NCBI GenBank assembly: GCA_010015805.1
Contig: ML978132.1
Span: 682,001 to 746,000 of the forward strand
Origin: Rhizodiscina lignyota
Taxonomy: Eukaryota
Reading direction: 5' to 3'
DNA: 64,000 bases
A program made the position numbers and the translations under genes. How positions within the stretch are numbered: position 1 is the stretch's first letter; the number at the start of each line of letters is the position of its first letter. The notes under the pieces were generated by a model. That model did not search any database and was not told where the DNA came from. It worked only from the letters and a program-made list of their open reading frames with translations. Shown piece after piece: positions 1 through 13,926 of this stretch.

Positions 1-499
1 CTTACCCAGCACGGCGCTCTCAAGATCACCGACTTCGGGAACGGCGAGTGCTTCCGTATGGCATGGGAGAAAGAAGCGCACATGACAGCCGGTCTGTGCG
101 GTTCTGCTCCCTACATTGCCCCTGAAGAATACGTCGACAACGAATTTGACCCGCGTGCCGTCGACGTCTGGGCTTGTGGTATCATCTACATGGCCATGCG
201 GACCGGCCGGCATTTGTGGCGTACGGCAAGGAAAGGAGAGGACGAGTTCTACACGCGGTATCTGGAGGACAGGAAGGAGGAGAGTGGATTCCGACCAATT
301 GAGATTCTCCGAAGAGTAAGCCATATCACCCCTCACATTAACATTCTATGCTAACAAACTTTTGCAGCGTCCTTGCCGCAACGTCATCTACTCTATCCTC
401 GACCCCAACCCGAACCGACGCCTCAATGCACACCAAGTGCTTTCGTCCGAATGGGTTGCCGACATCAAGGTCTGCCGTGCTGGCGAGGAGGGGTACTAA
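1..499 (+). CDS. Ser/Thr protein kinase, NPR/HAL family (Sat4/Hal4-like), 3' part only
   Basis: LKITDFGNGECFRMAWE..GLCGSAPYIAPEE..DPRAVDVWACG kinase subdomains VII-IX. Intron 316-367 (GTAAGC..CTAAC..CAG). Last exon RPCRNVIYSILDPNP..CRAGEEGY*. Confidence 0.88.
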
Positions 500-1927
500 G
501 TCTTTGCTATCTCTTTCCTTTCTTCTAGGATGGATGGTAATGATTTACGTGCCCCTCTGCGAATAATCTTGGAGCTTGCCACGGTCTTTCTCGCCTCCAC
601 TTCTTCGAATTTACGATGCTTTTGCACGAGCGAGCGCATACCCCCACTGCTGCCGTTCACGACACATCCAGCGTTCCGTTCCTCGTTCTTTCTTCTTCGA
701 TCCACTTTGCATCAAAATGGCATGGCGTCGGACTTCTGCGGCTTCGGGTCAGGCTTAGGGCTCAAAGGATTGGCGGTGTTTCTCGCTCACTCTATGAAAT
801 GCTGCAATGACGCTTACGTTCTTCTTGGCGGGAGACGGTAGATTGAATTCAGCGAGTTGATGGGAGAGGAGATCTTTTTTTTTTGTGTACAATTTTTGAT
901 TGATAGAGGATTGGGCGGCTAGCTGCTGAGTTCATTTTTTCGAAAGATTGTGGAACGCCTCCCCTTCTCTCTTCTGATGACACTGAAATGTAAGCATGAC
1001 CCTGTGTGCGATGTATTGTATGTCTTGCGTGCCGGCCTTGATACCCCTATCGGTTCTTGAAGAAGCCGCTGTATCTAAAGATGTATATGCCTGTAACACT
1101 ACGTATATTCTGTATGGATATTATTCAAATAGTATCGAAAAGGCCGATAAATCATAAGACGAAGCAGGGTTGCGAATTACGGTGGAGCTGTGACACTCAG
1201 CGAGACTGTCAAGTGATAGCAGGATCACGATCGAAGTTCAATTGGACAATGTCCCCAAAGTTAAGTGTCCTCTTTCGTGTCTGGCCTACACATATGAATG
1301 TTGTAACCTCGGAGCATCTGGGTATTTTCTACACTTCGTACTGAGCACGCCAAACGCTCAATTATATCACCTAATACAGTTTAGCGTCTCTCAAAGCCAA
1401 AGGCTTGGCGGACTTGGCATTACCATCGACATCTGCCCCTGCTACCCAAGAGTATCTCTTTCGCATAGATCACTCTACGACTTCATATCATCCTTCGAAT
1501 TAGGCCCAATAGCTTTTGCCAACGCACGGCTAGAGCTGTGCATCATAGGAAGATACAATGATCCAATTGCACCCTCCATGGCTGTACTACCTGCATCATG
1601 CACCAGGTTAAGGTACTGTTGGAATGACGGCATGCTTCTGTGCTACCATTGCTTTCAGCTCGTCCAACTCCTTTAATTTGTGTCTCTTCAACTTCTCCTT
1701 ATCTCTGTTTGTCCCAATCATGAATCAAGCACTTTGGCACAAGCATACTGCACTCTGTTGAACGCTACTTTATCGGCTGGACCACTGCCTGCGCGCGATT
1801 TATGTCTTGCAGGGCGAACAGATTATGCAAGAATAAACCCAATCAATCGAATGTGTCACTTATCATTGAGATATTTCGTTGTCAGCACGGCGTATGACGA
1901 CTTTGCACCGCCTCACTTCCTACAGCA

Positions 1928-3825
1928 ATGGACGATTTCTTGGTCTTTACCAGCAGTACTGGCGGCTTTCCATTGAAGTATGGCTTCCGACAGCACCTTG
2001 ACGAAGGTGCTATCCTTTCAGCAACGCTCGCTAGGGTAGCGTCAAATTTCCCCTATTTGGATGACTCTAGCTCCGTCCAATATTCCGGTTTTGCTGAACC
2101 CGCGGTGCTTATTGGCAACGCCTGTAACACCGATGGAGGTGTGAACTGTACCGAAATCTGCGACAACAGAACTGAGATTTTCAGATCGTGGGAGAATCAA
2201 TGGAATTGCCTGACTTTATCGGCGCTTGCACTCTCTTTGCTTACATTCTCTGTTAACTCCTCAACTACCGCCTTCATCGGGGATACAGTAAAGCAACTTG
2301 GAGTTGATAACATCACGGACTTCAACGCCTGGGGTGTACTTAGTGCCACACATGACTGTGCGGTGGCTAGTTGCCGAGATCAGAGCATGGGCAACTGTTC
2401 ATTGGGCAAACTTCCTTCCCACTTACGCATCTCTGACGATGGATCCGGGTCAAACATATATGATGCGCTTCACCCAGTGTGCAGTAGTATCGACGGCAGT
2501 GTAAATGTGGATCTTGCAGGCCCTGGCGTAAGTGTTGATTGATCCAATGCCAACATATTTCCAAGTTCATGTTGGCGTGACCTCGGCACCTTGTCACCTC
2601 GCTGACCTTCACTAGGTTCTCGTGTCGTACATTATGCAAGCTGCGATAACTCTCTATGGTTGGGCCTTAGTTCATTTCTTTACTCTTCGCGAAAGTCTTG
2701 AGTGGATTCTAACTCCGCTCCGCCGCTGGTCATGCACCATTGCACCTGCCTCTACCAAGCGTCACCTAAAGTCATTCCTCACACGCTGTGAGAAATCGAA
2801 CCAAGCTCATGCCCTGCGCACGCTGCTAGCGGAGTTCCAAGAAGCGCAGTGCTGCTTCATCACTGCGGTTCAGATTGCGGTCCTGTATGCCTCATCCCAG
2901 TCCGCGGTCTTTTACGGCGCGGACAACTGGCAATCGCTTGTCAATGATCTCAGCGCTGTGCAAATGCTGGCTATTGCGGGTGCCCAGTCGATCCTGTTGA
3001 CCCAGATAAACCTTCGACGAGCCAAGCTTTCCTCCGTGTATTCGCTCGTCCTGGCTACGGTGGCCTCCGTTCTTGCGTATGTGGTGCTGGAGAGGGCAAC
3101 TAACCCCAACAACGACCAGGCCTACAGGATATTCGCTGGCCAGCATCCAATTGATGAATGCGGCGGCAATCCATCCTTAAGGACGTTCTGTTTAAAGCAG
3201 GAGAGCGAATTTTACTCGGCTTTGCATTGGATGCTCCCGCAGGCTGCTCTCCTTGCCCTCCTCTGGGGGAACAAGCTTTGGGTTGAAACAACCGGGACCA
3301 CATGGTACAAGAAACGACTGAACAAACTCTCCTATACGAAGCAGGAAACCATAGCATGGACAGAGCGCATATGTTCTGTTGTGGTCACTCTGTACTTTGC
3401 CGGCGAAGAGATCTTTACGGTATACTTGCTCGAAACTTCCATGCTGGGCAGTATGATCAGCGACACCTTCGCTCTAAGGAGCTTGCCTCAGTGGAGCATT
3501 GGACAGGTCATTGCGGTTCTAGTCTGGGCACCTGTCTTATCCAGATATCTCTACCTCGTCATACGTGAGTCCCCCACCCGCTCGCAGGCTCTCTCGGCAA
3601 ATTGTTTGACGGTTAATATCTTTCCTAGGCGGTATCGAGCAAGGCTTCTCTATCCGAATATCGAAGCCATTTGTAGTGGTGAGAAGAAGTGATGACGACA
3701 GAGATGAATCTGAAAACCATACACTCCTGAGAATTGAGGCCGATGGAGCAAACGTAATGGAGCAAGTGCAAGAGTCGAAGGCTCCGATAACGCTTGTTCG
3801 AAGCAATACACGTGCCACTATGTAA
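1928..3825 (+). CDS. Uncharacterised multi-pass membrane protein with Cys-containing N-terminal region (581 aa)
   Basis: Exons 1928-2527, 2616-3564, 3629-3825 with canonical GT-AG introns. Spliced junction gives DLAGPGVLVSY; later W-S-I-G-Q-V-I-A-V-L-V-W-A-P motif and several hydrophobic helices, typical of a fungal hypothetical membrane family. Confidence 0.75.
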
Positions 3826-4417
3826 ATTAGAGCCATTTCGGGAGGCAATGGTGTTTTATAGTAATACGCCTCTTATTAGAGAGAAGATGCTCATCTACCA
3901 GAAGCTAGCTGCTGTCATGGTGTCTGAGTTGCTCTCGGCACCTAGCTTCCGTGCGACTACAGCCTGTCAACTGGGAGGCATGGGCACCTAAATATCAACC
4001 CATTCTAGGAGCCTGCCCTACCTAGACTTCGGTATCTGCCTACTCATAATTGTCAAGATTCACATGCACAAGAATCGTAAAGTCGTACACTCGCACCAAT
4101 CCTGTATATGCACGAGCACCTGCTAAATTTGTTTCGCTTCTGGAGACCTGTAGTGTACAATTTCAGAATTTTGGAAAAGGCCATCCAGGCCCATCAGATG
4201 CAACCGCACTTCCCTCGAGAAAACAAGAAAAGGTCCAATATCAACAACACCAGTCCTCTGAATCCGAGTAAGAGAAATGGGGCTTTTTGGCCCACAGTTC
4301 GAAGCCCCCCCAGCGGACGAGACCGAATCAAAAGCCAGTGGAAGCAGTGTAAAGAAAGAACCCCATCCAGAATTGAGTGGCCTCTTCGCTGCAAGAAGTC
4401 ACCATCTAGAACACGTC

Positions 4418-7260
4418 CTATTCCTCAGCGACATCCATGTCCGCCTCACGACCCTCAGCCTGATCTGCGGCGCCATCTGCTTCACCGTCGACTGGAGCTG
4501 CAGCCACAGCATCGGCCATCTCCTCGGCCTTCGGTGGAGGCTCCGGCGCCGCAGCAAGTGCAGCCTCAACCGCCACCTCACCAACAATCGTCTCAGCAAC
4601 AGCGCCCTTGCGCCTGAACACGCGCACCCAGCGCTCTCCCCACTGGCGTATGAGCGCGACATCCTCGTCGCTCAGGCCTCCCTCGCCCGCGGCCTCGATA
4701 AGGCGATCAGCCTCACCCCTAGCGTAGGCACCAATCTTGTCGTCAATGAAGCCGAAGAGGTTCCGCATAGCCTGGCGCTCCTGAACAAGCGCGTCCTCAA
4801 GCATCTGCATCTGATCTCCCGAGAGGCCCTCCGTTTTAGCGCGGCACATTGTGTCGACAATCTGACTAACGCGGGTAGTCACTTTGCCGACGGTCCCGGC
4901 CACCATCTCGTAGCGCCAGCCATGGGAAAGACCAGTTCCATTACCGAGGCCGTGGTTGCCCTCGATGGCCCAGCCGACAATGGAGTCCGGGCTAAGAATG
5001 GTGTAGTTAAGGAGCTTGTCGACGATGTTGACGGCCACGCCCGGGTGGTCCTTCCAGTAGTCGACGACGCTGCTGATGATTTGGCGGCGCGCGTCTTCGG
5101 ATTGCGGGGCGAGGGCGAGGAGGCGGTCCTTGCAGCGCTCGATGCAGGAGAGGACGTGCGAGAGGGACTTGGAGCCGACGCAGCAGATGGCGGTGACGTA
5201 AGCATCGGTAGATGGGACAAGAGGGTCGGTGATGCCGTGCTCAGCTGCCAATGTGTGGATCTGATCCATAACCACTTGCACCTCCTCGTCTGACGCCTTC
5301 TTGCGAATGAGCTGCAGCATGGCAAGGCCCTGCTCAGCATAGGGAGTCTCTGTTGAACAATTTTAGTAAACTTTCGAATATCATAATAGGTGAGAACCCG
5401 ACTTACGTGGAGAGTTGTACTTGAAATCCGGCATATCCTTATCCTTACCCTCCGGAATGAGTGGATGATACTCTGCCGGCAGCGCCTCACGGATGCGCTT
5501 AGCGAAGCTGAGACGAATTTCCTTGTCAAGAGACGCGATGATGAAGGCCTTCTTAGGATGCAAGTTTGGGCGTTCGATATCCTCGAGCCATTCCGTCCAC
5601 TTCCAGCGGAAATCAAAGTTGCTCAAGTGATGAGCAAACCAGTCCATGAAACGATAGTTAAGCTCGATGTCCATGACATGCAAGTTCCTGAACAGAAACC
5701 TGATGGCTCTGCCCAGACTCGGCGCAATGGCAGCAGGAGCCACTCGACAAGCCTCGATGATCACGGAGTGATAGTAGGCCAACTTGTGCTCGGTCACAGG
5801 AAGCACCATGATCTGAGAGAAGATGGCATCCATTGCCATATCCTCTGGCTTCCAGGTCGTACCAGTGAACTCTTTCAGCTTGTCGAACGGCGTAGCGCGC
5901 TTGACGAAGGTGCCTGCGGCCCAGAAACAGTCGAGCTCGATCAAGAACTTGGCAGTGGCATTACGATTGAAGTCGAGGATGTTGATGGTGTCGTTGAGCG
6001 CATCGCGGATGAGGCATGCTGCGATGTTATCGGTGCGAGGCACCGACTCGAAATCGCCATCAGCGTAGAGCGAGAAGTACGTCTCTGGAAACAGTGGCTT
6101 CGATCCTGCGTTTGGAGGAGAAGGAATTGTGATGGCAGGGAAGGCATGCTTTGCAGGAGGTCCAGGCATGGCCACGTCTGCCGCATCGCCATTCTCCTTC
6201 TCCTCTCCATTTTGAGCGCCATTCGTGGTGTGCTCAGTTGGCTTGTATGGACGAGGGATGATCGACAACTTCCAACCGTTCTCTGCCTCGCGCTGGAGCT
6301 GCTTCTGGAGCAGACCAAGGATGCCCTGGTAGCCGAAAGGCTTCTCCTCAGGCTCTCCCTGGTACGGCTCGACCAGAGCCTCGATCGAGTGGGGCGCAGA
6401 CGCGATGACATCCGTGCTGCTGAGGAACTCGGTCGCTTTCTCGTCAAGTGCACCATTCGCGGCGGCAACAGCGTAAGGAAGGGTGTAGAGGATGATCTTG
6501 ACCAACTCAAGACCTAGAGTGTCTTCCTGCGAAGCCGTCTGGAGATCAACAGCAGCGCCGAAGAGCTCTTCGAGAAGCGGAAAGACTCCGTCTTCTTCCA
6601 AGATACCCTGCAAGCAAGCAAGAAACTTCAGCAGCAATTTGAAGTCGCGCCATTTGCCTTGATCCAAAGCTGTTTGCAGCTGTGCTCCAGCCCGCGATAT
6701 GGTCTCGGCAGCGACTTCGCCCTTGATCTCGTTGGCATAGAGGATGGCGCCGGCGATGAAGGGAGTCTTAAGCGGTTGCTCGATGCACCTAAACCAAAAT
6801 ATTAGTCTTGTAGCTAGACAATGTCGACGGTAGCAGGGGAGATCTTACATCTGGATCGCGAGGTCTATCACACCTCCCTTTACGTCCTCGTCGTCAAGGT
6901 TCTCCGCAATGCTCTTACCCAATTCACTTGCTTCATCCTGTGGTGTGCGAAGAGGACTCTCAGCAATATTCAGCTCCGACCTCCTCAGCTTCGCCACAAT
7001 TGGCTCCTGAAACCTCCTGCGATGTTGAGGACGGCTATCTCGATCGTAGTCGTCCTCCTCTGTATGATACACGCTTAGCGGACCATATTCCATTTCATCT
7101 AGCGTTAACTGAAACACGATGTAAACGAAAACAGAAAAGCGAAGATCATACCTCTGTATCTCTTCCTCCGATTTCCCTGCGAGAAACGCCCTCCTCCCCT
7201 ATATTCTCCTCCACCTCCACCTCCACTTCCACCCTCACGCTTGACATCCAAGTCCGCCAT
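4418..7260 (-). CDS. STO1: Nuclear cap-binding complex large subunit (CBP80/NCBP1), MIF4G-like repeats (877 aa)
   Basis: Exons 7260-7152, 7059-6849, 6788-5407, 5349-4418. N-terminal basic NLS RRKRYR; IEQPLKTPF; RFMDWFAHHLSNFDFRWKW; KEIRLSFAKRI; GSKSLSH; IVDKLLNYTI. Confidence 0.95.
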
Positions 7261-9624
7261 TGCGTGCGACAAGAAGTTGAGCTGTCCGTCAACGCCCTGT
7301 GGCCTGTAGCTGTCGATCAGCGGCCGCGGAGGCCAGTAGTCAGGATACTGCGCGAGCGGCGAGTCCGCTCTCGGGGCGTGTTTGCTGGCTGCGAGAGATC
7401 TAACGCGTGCAGCTCGTGAAGCTTTTGGTGGGTCGAAGGTTCCTGTGGTAGGAGTTTGGTGTCGCGGTGGTGATGGCACGTCGATGAGTTTTGAGACGCG
7501 GCTGTTAGCTTGATCAGCGCTTAGGTTGTCTTGGCACGGCGGCGCTTCACTCATCACGTGGTCCATGACTAACGGCATTTGGAAAGCATCGGGAATGGGA
7601 GTGTCGAGCAGATCCATCTTGATGGTATTTTGCAGTGAATGTGCAATTTTTGGCTTGGAATGTAATTGATTGTCGATACGGAATCATGAAATGTTCAATT
7701 GCAGATGTGGCTGGCCTCAGAGTTGTGCAACTCCAAGGTATGGCAACTGCACGCAACAGAAGCACCAGATGGGACGAATCGAGCCAGCTATGGGAACTGG
7801 AGGGAGCCGGCCATGGAATGAGACCGGATTTGTTGCTGGTAAGAGCTGGAAGGTAATTGCAGAAGAGGTTGTTGTTGTTGAAGAAGGTTGGAAGGTTGTA
7901 TAAGGCTAGAATGTATTAAATATTCGAGATCATGCCGGCAGCACTCCAGCAAGGAAGCTTAATTGTGAAGCCAATGTAGCTGGTTGAGTGGTGGCCGGAA
8001 GGAATTCATTCGACCGGCCTAACCAAGAGAGTGTTAAAGTGACTTCATGGCGCGAGGGTGAGGGGGAGCCGAAGGTATTCTTCAGAATGTAGAGTGAACA
8101 GCCGCCGTTTGTATTGCCTCTCGATTAACGCACTGAGATAATGTCGAATGGACTATTCGATGAATCCCGAAGTCGGAGGCCGACGATGGTCCAGCAACAT
8201 CAATCATCCTTGACGGAAGATAGTGTCGCTATGATCGAAGGGGATACAGATGGAAGACATCACTTGAGCAATCATCAGACACAATAGTTGAGAAGTGGTA
8301 ATAATAGCAAAAAAGTGTCTGTCATTTCTTTTCGTCGACTCGAAAGGGGGGTTGAAATGCCACATCGATTTTGGGTTCGCATAAACAAACAGTACGCGGA
8401 AGGGACAGACATATCAAAAGTCCTGCTCGTGAAGAGATAGTCCGGCCCTTCAGCAGTTTACAGACATGTTGCGGGGAGAAGGGGAAGATCATGTGCAATC
8501 GGGGGGCAGTTTGAAGGGGAGGAAAAACAAAAACCAAGTCTAGCAGGGCATCCCGTGAAGAAGAGAAAATTCCGGAGAAGAGAAAACCAGCGGCGTTAAA
8601 ACGTAATTCACCGACCATACAGAAACCACCAGTCCGATGAACTTAGCCGCTTTCTCCTCCGCCATTCGCGAAATAAAAAGCATTCGAGTCGACGCGAGTC
8701 ATACATCTAGCACACCGCAGAGAGTCACTTCGACTACAGCATGAAGAGGCAGTGAAGGCTCAGAGCAGTGGGTTAAGATGTATGATGACCAGATGATGAC
8801 CAGTAGTAGACAACAACAGCAATAACACCGCCCTGAATTTTGCCGTGAATTTCCGCAAAGCACTGAGCTCTGCACGTATGCATGAAAACGACTTTCATTT
8901 CCCCGTTTCGCTCTTTGCTGAGACAAAGTAAAAACCACCGTGTGATCATCAATCTTTCTTTGAAAAGAGTTTTCCCATCCGCATGAGGCATCGAGCGAAT
9001 TCAGTGGCGTGAAAATGTGCTCAAAGTGGAGAAAAGAGGAGAGCTGCAGCGAAGGGGATACAAATTGCAAACATCTACCAGTAGCATCGCCGCATCCGCT
9101 GCCAGTCGCAAAAGTGAAGAGTCGAGATCGGTGGGGGAGGGTTAAGGTATATTTCGCAGACCACAACAAGCAAGAGCACTCGCATCAACCCGTCAGCCTT
9201 CTATCGGACCAGAAAAAGAAAAAGGGGGCACAAGTGAGAACAGGCACACGACCCATTCTCTGCCCCGCAAACACTCCTCACTCTTGCTGCAGGGTAGGCG
9301 AGGATGGCTCAAAGTTGTGGAGACTAGGTCGAGGCAGGGACCGTAAAACGATGCCGAATCACACTCCACGATCGCATTCGATGGAAACGCCGCAAACGGA
9401 CCGACTTCGCGGAGACGAAGGGACCGGATCCATAATTTTCGCGCCAAGACAGAACTCGCTTTGAAAATGACAGAGAAGTGACAAGATGTCCGGGCGGGAA
9501 GGCATGTTGGTGTAAGTAAGGGAGAAACCCCGATGAATCATGACCTCATCGCTCGCCCGGCTGCGTTTCGAAAGTGCTCACGTGGTGCATCAGCCGCAAA
9601 ATGCGGCGGAGCCGTGAGCTTGGC

Positions 9625-11132
9625 TTAATCCAGCCGGGCCATCATTTCGTCTCTGCTCAGCGGTTTGAAATTCGGCGAGTCGATGTCGAGTCCACGAGCG
9701 CGAAGTGCTGCACGCGCATGCTGAGGAACGAGTCTCTGGTTGAGTTCTGGCGCAATTGAGAGTTCTGCGAAAAATAGAAACATTAGTAAACTAGCACATT
9801 AATGGAGATTAAAGAATGCAGATCTTACCGTGGTGGGAAAAGTCGAAAAGAGGCGGGAGGTCCCTGGACCCGCCGTTGGCGTGACGCGAATCCGGAAGTC
9901 GGGTATTTGGATCTCTAAGCTCGTCGAAGAATGGATGTACCATTGCTTGAATGGCGGAGAGGCGTTGAGTGGGAGTATACTCCAAAAGCTGTTCGATCAG
10001 AGAGATTGCGTTCTGATCGGCCTTACGGAACACCTTGCTGAACGGATGCGGCTTGATCTGTGGGAACTTGTGCTCCATGTAATTCGGATTCATGGTCCGA
10101 ATTTGCTCTCTTGTCGGTGTGCCGAGCACCTTGATGATTTCGACCAGCTGATCGATGCCTGATTCACCTGGGAAGAGCGGCTGTCCAAGCATGAGCTCCG
10201 CCATCACACAGCCCGTGGACCAGACATCTGCGAGCGTTTATGTTAGCAAGAGAAAAAAAAGTTTCCGAAATTAGTAATAGGCACACTTACCAATCTTCGT
10301 TGTGTAATTTGTCGCGCCAAAGATGAGTTCTGGTGCTCTGTAGTACCTCGAACAAATGTAGGACACATTTGGCTCATGCTCCACCAAAATCTTTGCGCTG
10401 CCGAAATCGCACAGCTTGAGAACACCGGTTGTAGGGTCAAGGAGTAGATTCTGCGGCTTGATATCCCGATGGCAGATGCCCTGAGAGTGGATGTAGGCGA
10501 GGGAACGGAAGAGCTGGTAGATGTAGAGCTTGACTTCGAGGATGGGCATGACGGTCTTCATCTTATTGAAGTAACGAGAGGCGCGGTACACCGTCTCAGG
10601 AACGAACTCAAGAATCAGATTCAGGTATACTTCATCTTTCTGTGATGTCTGGTCAGTTAGCGAGATTGGAAAAGCGTGAATTCGGCACATACCCGCTCTC
10701 CGTTGCTGTAGTAGAAGGCTTTAAGCTCAACGATATTTGGATGTCTGACGATACGCATAATCTGGAGCTCCCGATTCTGCACCAATCGATACTTTGTTAG
10801 CGAAAAAACACAAAGTTCAACGTAGCAAAAGAGGAGTGGAGGAACGCACCTTGAACCGCTTGTCTTGCAGCACGCGCTTGATCGCTGCATCTTCTCCGCT
10901 AGGCGACAGCTTGGTCTGGAAGACAACGCCGAACGAGCCATTGCCGACAATCTTGCACTGCGTGTACGCCAAATCTCTTGTTTCGCCGGTCAGTCCATCC
11001 TGGACCTTCTCGCGGACGACCTCTATGACGTGCATTAGCAATCCGCGTCAACACGCAATAATGCGAGCAAACAGTGTGGCGCTCACCTCCCATGCGTAAG
11101 CTTGAAAAAGCCGACGGCCTATTCTGCGACAT
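9625..11132 (-). CDS. GSK3: Glycogen synthase kinase 3 (Rim11/Gsk3 ortholog, 396 aa)
   Basis: Six exons (introns 11023-11086, 10777-10849, 10640-10692, 10228-10290, 9765-9828). [52 protein letters not shown]. Confidence 0.97.
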
Positions 11133-11769
11133 GCTTCGTCGGTGTTGTGCACGTTGTGGTCAGCGCTGTGTTGCGGTTGGTGCTATCGCGAGTACGGCGG
11201 GCTGAAGTTGAGGAGTGGGTGGAAGGAGCGCGTCGGTCTGCTGAGGAAGTCCGTCTTGGGCGGCAATTCGCAGGGTGAGGGTTGTTGAGGGGTAGGAGGC
11301 GTCCCGAGGAGCTTGAGGCAGTTGAGGTCTGGAGGCGATGCAGCGTGCGGCGGAGGTGTGACCCTGTTCACGAGGTCAAATGACGAGCGGCGGTGGGTCT
11401 TGTCGTGAGTGCAGCGCGGTAGAGTGGGCCGTGGAGCGCAATGCGGCGGTAGGAGGCGGGCGTGGAGTAGCTGGTGCTGTTGATGGGAGGATAACAGGAG
11501 CGTGGAGCTTTGTTGTGAGAGGGATGACGGAGGAGGAGGTGATGATGTGTGTGGTTTTGCGTTGCGGGAGGAAAGCACGATCCGTCGTTAGATGAGTAGA
11601 ATCCCCGCAACAGGCCTTGTGACAGGTGCTAATGCTAACGCTTCGACAGGCCCGGCGGCCTCGGGCTTGCGGCGAGCGTGAGGGCGGCGCAGCGAGCACA
11701 GCAACGCAGCGAGGAGGGCGAGAGCGCGGTGCAAGTTCGAGGAGCGAGAGGATGGAGCAGCGAGTCGTC

Positions 11770-11860
11770 GCAGGAGCAGCAGGAGAGCGAGAGAGAGAAC
11801 TGGAGCGCCGTGTATTGGTCCACCAGGCTGGCTGCTGGAAGGTGCGCTCGGCTCACGTGG
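11770..11860 (-). promoter_or_regulatory. Putative GSK3 core promoter: CACGTG E-box, CCAAT box and CT-rich tract
   Basis: CACGTG at 11854-11859; CCAAT (minus strand) at 11814-11818; followed on the minus strand by TTCTCTCTCTCGCTCTCC, a pyrimidine tract typical of fungal initiation zones. Confidence 0.35.
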
Positions 11861-13926
11861 TCCAAATAATGCCAGGTCTGTGCAGTGCAGCGTCTGTCTA
11901 GTCTGCTGTCTGCGAGCGGTGCCCACTAATGCCCAGCAGCAGGCCTGGAGGAGAGCACAGTCTGCGTAGCTCCCGTCGCACTGTGCCTATACCTACCAGC
12001 CAGCACCGGGCGAGGGCGAGCGCGCTTTTGTTGGGCGAGGCGTCAATTGCACGCACAACCCACACTCGATGCAAGAAATCGCGGCGGCAAAGCGATGATC
12101 GCTGACGCTGCTACTTGTCTCCAGCAGCACTTGTACATACATCCACGGCCAGCGTGCCGGTTTGGGGAGCTGATGATCTGCTCCGCTCTGACGGTTACAA
12201 AGTGTTTCAAGCACAGCTACTGACGTAGTGCTGCCTGCTCTCGCTCTCGTAAGGCCGCTCCATACGCCTTCAGGTGTAGCCGTTACCTTTAGCCCGCGAA
12301 CTCTTGGCTGTAGCTACAGCACAATCGCAATATTCGACCTGCTCCATCGCCGTCCATGAGATCAGCTCCCGTCGCCACGCCCTCACGGCGATCTGCTTGC
12401 GCTCACGGCTGTAGCCACACGGAAGCAAGCCATGCGACGCTCCGTCCTGCTCCAAGATCGTACGCGTACGAGAGGGAATCAGGACGTCAACAGCTGCAGA
12501 GGGGTGGAAGAGAGGATGGGATGGCCTCGTCAAGCGCTCTGCCGGGGGCCAAGGATGAAGAGGTCACGCTTCCACTCCCAAGCGCGCCACTTCCAGTGCC
12601 TGCATGATCGCAACTCTCCACTCAGGCCATTTGCTGGAGGTCGCCTCTAGCTTCTTTCAAGTCTGTGCGACCATTGCAAACGGACGATCATCAACACCAC
12701 ACTCTCTTTGTTGCTATTCTGGGCCGAGCGAGAATGGAGACGACTGCGATGTCTCGCCCCAGGGCGGTGTGTTGTGCATTCGCTTTTTCTGCTGCTGAGA
12801 CGCACACGCAATTTTGCAAAGGGCAAAAAAAGTAGCTACATGCAGTATTACGACCTGTCTGTTCTACTCCTCACACCAGCGGTCCACCCATGCGATCACA
12901 GCCAGGTAGCTAGCTGCTGCTGGACAGAAGCTCCACACCTCTGCTCACGCCCCCTCCTCCTCCTCCAAGTGAGTCCAAGACCGTCTGGTCAGCCAGGCGG
13001 GAGGCAGAAGCACCACCATTAGTCAATAATCGTCCCTCTTTGACCACACATAAATTCCCGCCCACAGAGAGCCAGCAGATGCGGACGAAAAGGCCGTGCA
13101 AACTCCATAAGTCCAAGCGTTCTGCATATGACGAAAGCTCGCCGAATTAGCGGCCTCGACCCCAGTCGAATCTGACAGAAACCTTTGCTTCTTCGAGCGA
13201 CGTGCAGCGCTGAGCCCAAATCCTCTGGCGGAGAGACGTGCCAGCGCTGTGCTCTCTGGCGACGACGAAGCAGACTTCACCAACTCACAAAGTGGAGAAT
13301 GTCCACGAATGAGTTTGCCAAAATGCCGATGAAGAAACAGCATTGGACGCCTTTTCGTGAATTGGCTGGCTCGGAGCTCACGCCGTATACGAGGGCATTC
13401 TAGCTTCGTGCTGCGGAACGCCGTTTCGTTGTAGGTGACACTGCACGTGCATGTGATAATCAGACCTGTTCATGCACGCAGAAAACATAAGCAGCAGTGC
13501 AGGCCCTCATCGAGCCCAGAAGCGCGCGCCGGAAGATGCCATTAGATACGTGCTCATTACTGTACATACATCCACATATTCGCATCAGCCCGTTAAAGAA
13601 ATGCTGTCGTATTACTACCCTTGTCTCAACTGTCAGCCGTCGGAAACGCCATGGCCATGCACGCTGAAAATGCAACTGGAATCTGTTTTCCATCCAAACA
13701 CAACACCTTCCCCCATTATTTTCTCAAGACAGGCGTGAGCCATTCCTTCTTTTCTTTTCTAGCCTCACTTTTCTCCAGAATGTGAAGTCGTATCCGGTCC
13801 ACTTCCCTGCATCCGCGAAACCCCGTTGGAATGCGATCAGATCTCTTGTCGTCACCTGCGTCTGCAGACTCTGTAGCGGCATCGGCGTCGCAACCATCAC
13901 GCGGCTGCTCCCGCATCGCCACCAAA

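Noticed and set aside
4277..6517. Long + strand ORFs (338 aa and 375 aa) overlapping STO1
   Set aside because: Antisense shadows of a codon-biased conserved gene; no recognisable motifs.
8322..9600. Short ORFs downstream of GSK3
   Set aside because: U-rich on the GSK3 strand, consistent with a long 3' UTR; no coding signature.
11183..11926. Overlapping 70-130 aa ORFs upstream of GSK3
   Set aside because: The GSK3-strand ones start only at GTG/TTG and all lie in GC-rich leader/promoter sequence; treated as leader rather than genes.
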